A stretch of 64,000 nucleotides of DNA from Octopus vulgaris (lineage: Eukaryota): NCBI GenBank assembly GCA_951406725.2, contig OX597838.1, forward strand, positions 21,142,001-21,206,000. The letters run 5' to 3'. The notes beneath the pieces were generated by a model. The model saw only the letters and a program-made list of their open reading frames with translations. It searched no databases and was not told the DNA's origin. This document shows, one piece after another, positions 63,111-64,000 of the stretch (position 1 is its first letter; each line of letters opens with the position of its first letter). A program made the translations under genes and the position numbers.

Positions 63111-64000
63111 AGTGGAGGCACATGGCCTAGTGGTTAGAGCAGCGGACTCACGGTCGAGGGATCGCTGGTTCGAATCTCAGACCAGGCGATGTGTGTGTTT
63201 ATGAGCGAAACACCTAAGCTCCACGCGGCTCTGGAAGAAGGTAATGGTGAACTTCTGCTGACTCTTTTGCCACAACTTTCTCTCACTCTTTCTTCCTGCA
63301 TCTTGCAGCTCACCTGCGACGGACCGGCGTCCCATTCCGGTGGGGAACCTATACACCAAGAAACCGGGAAACTGGCCCTTATGAGCCAGGCATGGCTCGA
63401 GAAGGAACAAAACAAAAAAACAACAACAACTCAACTAAACCCTCTAATAAGTTTTCCATAACTGTTTATAGCCTTGACACCACTGTTATAATGTGAATCC
63501 TCATCCACTTGCATATTGTTGTCGGCATTATTATATTCTTGTCACCAATATTATGTTGTGGCGGTATTCCACGTCTTATTATCTTTGACTCACCTAGCGT
63601 GCTACTGCTGATTGCTCCACAAGACAACAACTTTGAAATGTCTACCTTGACAGTAATTCGAACTCGTATATATCATGTAACCGACACTTACTCCAACTGA
63701 GAACTTGTACAATGCCTCTACTACTGCTGATCTTCTACAACGACTGACTGCCTGACTTTATAGTGGGAAGGAGAGTACTGGGTATAATTTTACTAATGTG
63801 TCCATCTGTTCTAATTTAATTAAATTCTATGTCTTTGTGCAGCTGAGGATTGCTCTACATTTTAAATTGATGTAATGACTGCATTATTCAATTAAATGGA
63901 GTCTCATAAAACAATCATACTGCATTACCTCTGGATGTCCTTGCTGCTTATTTTGTTTTATATATATATATATATTATGTGGATTCATTTCAGTTTCTGT

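Overview
Eukaryotic, AT-rich, repeat-dense genomic DNA; the SINE/RTE/Penelope/microsatellite content suggests an octopod cephalopod (inference, not verified). The whole window lies inside one large minus-strand gene. I read 22 exons, each exactly 138 bp, each flanked by AG/GT and each phase 1-1. Each encodes one 46-aa, 8-cysteine EGF-like repeat ([46 protein letters not shown]) of the MEGF10/Draper/CED-1/SCARF type, about 1012 aa if all are joined. No start, stop, signal peptide or TM exon is confidently visible. The array shows a 3-exon higher-order periodicity, a homogenised subfamily with a likely gene-conversion tract, and a candidate 66-bp frame-preserving linker exon. The introns contain an IR/DR Tc1 element, mariner derivatives, piggyBac-, Merlin- and hAT-like MITEs, five non-autonomous Helitrons, CR1, RTE, Tx1/L1, R4/Dong and Gypsy fragments, a Penelope GIY-YIG remnant and three tRNA-like SINE families. 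They also hold many Penelope-type hammerhead ribozyme motifs, often in fold-back pairs, and several long hairpins (largest about 378-bp arms). Most ORFs in the supplied track are microsatellite or repeat artefacts. All calls were made by eye; no database searches were run.
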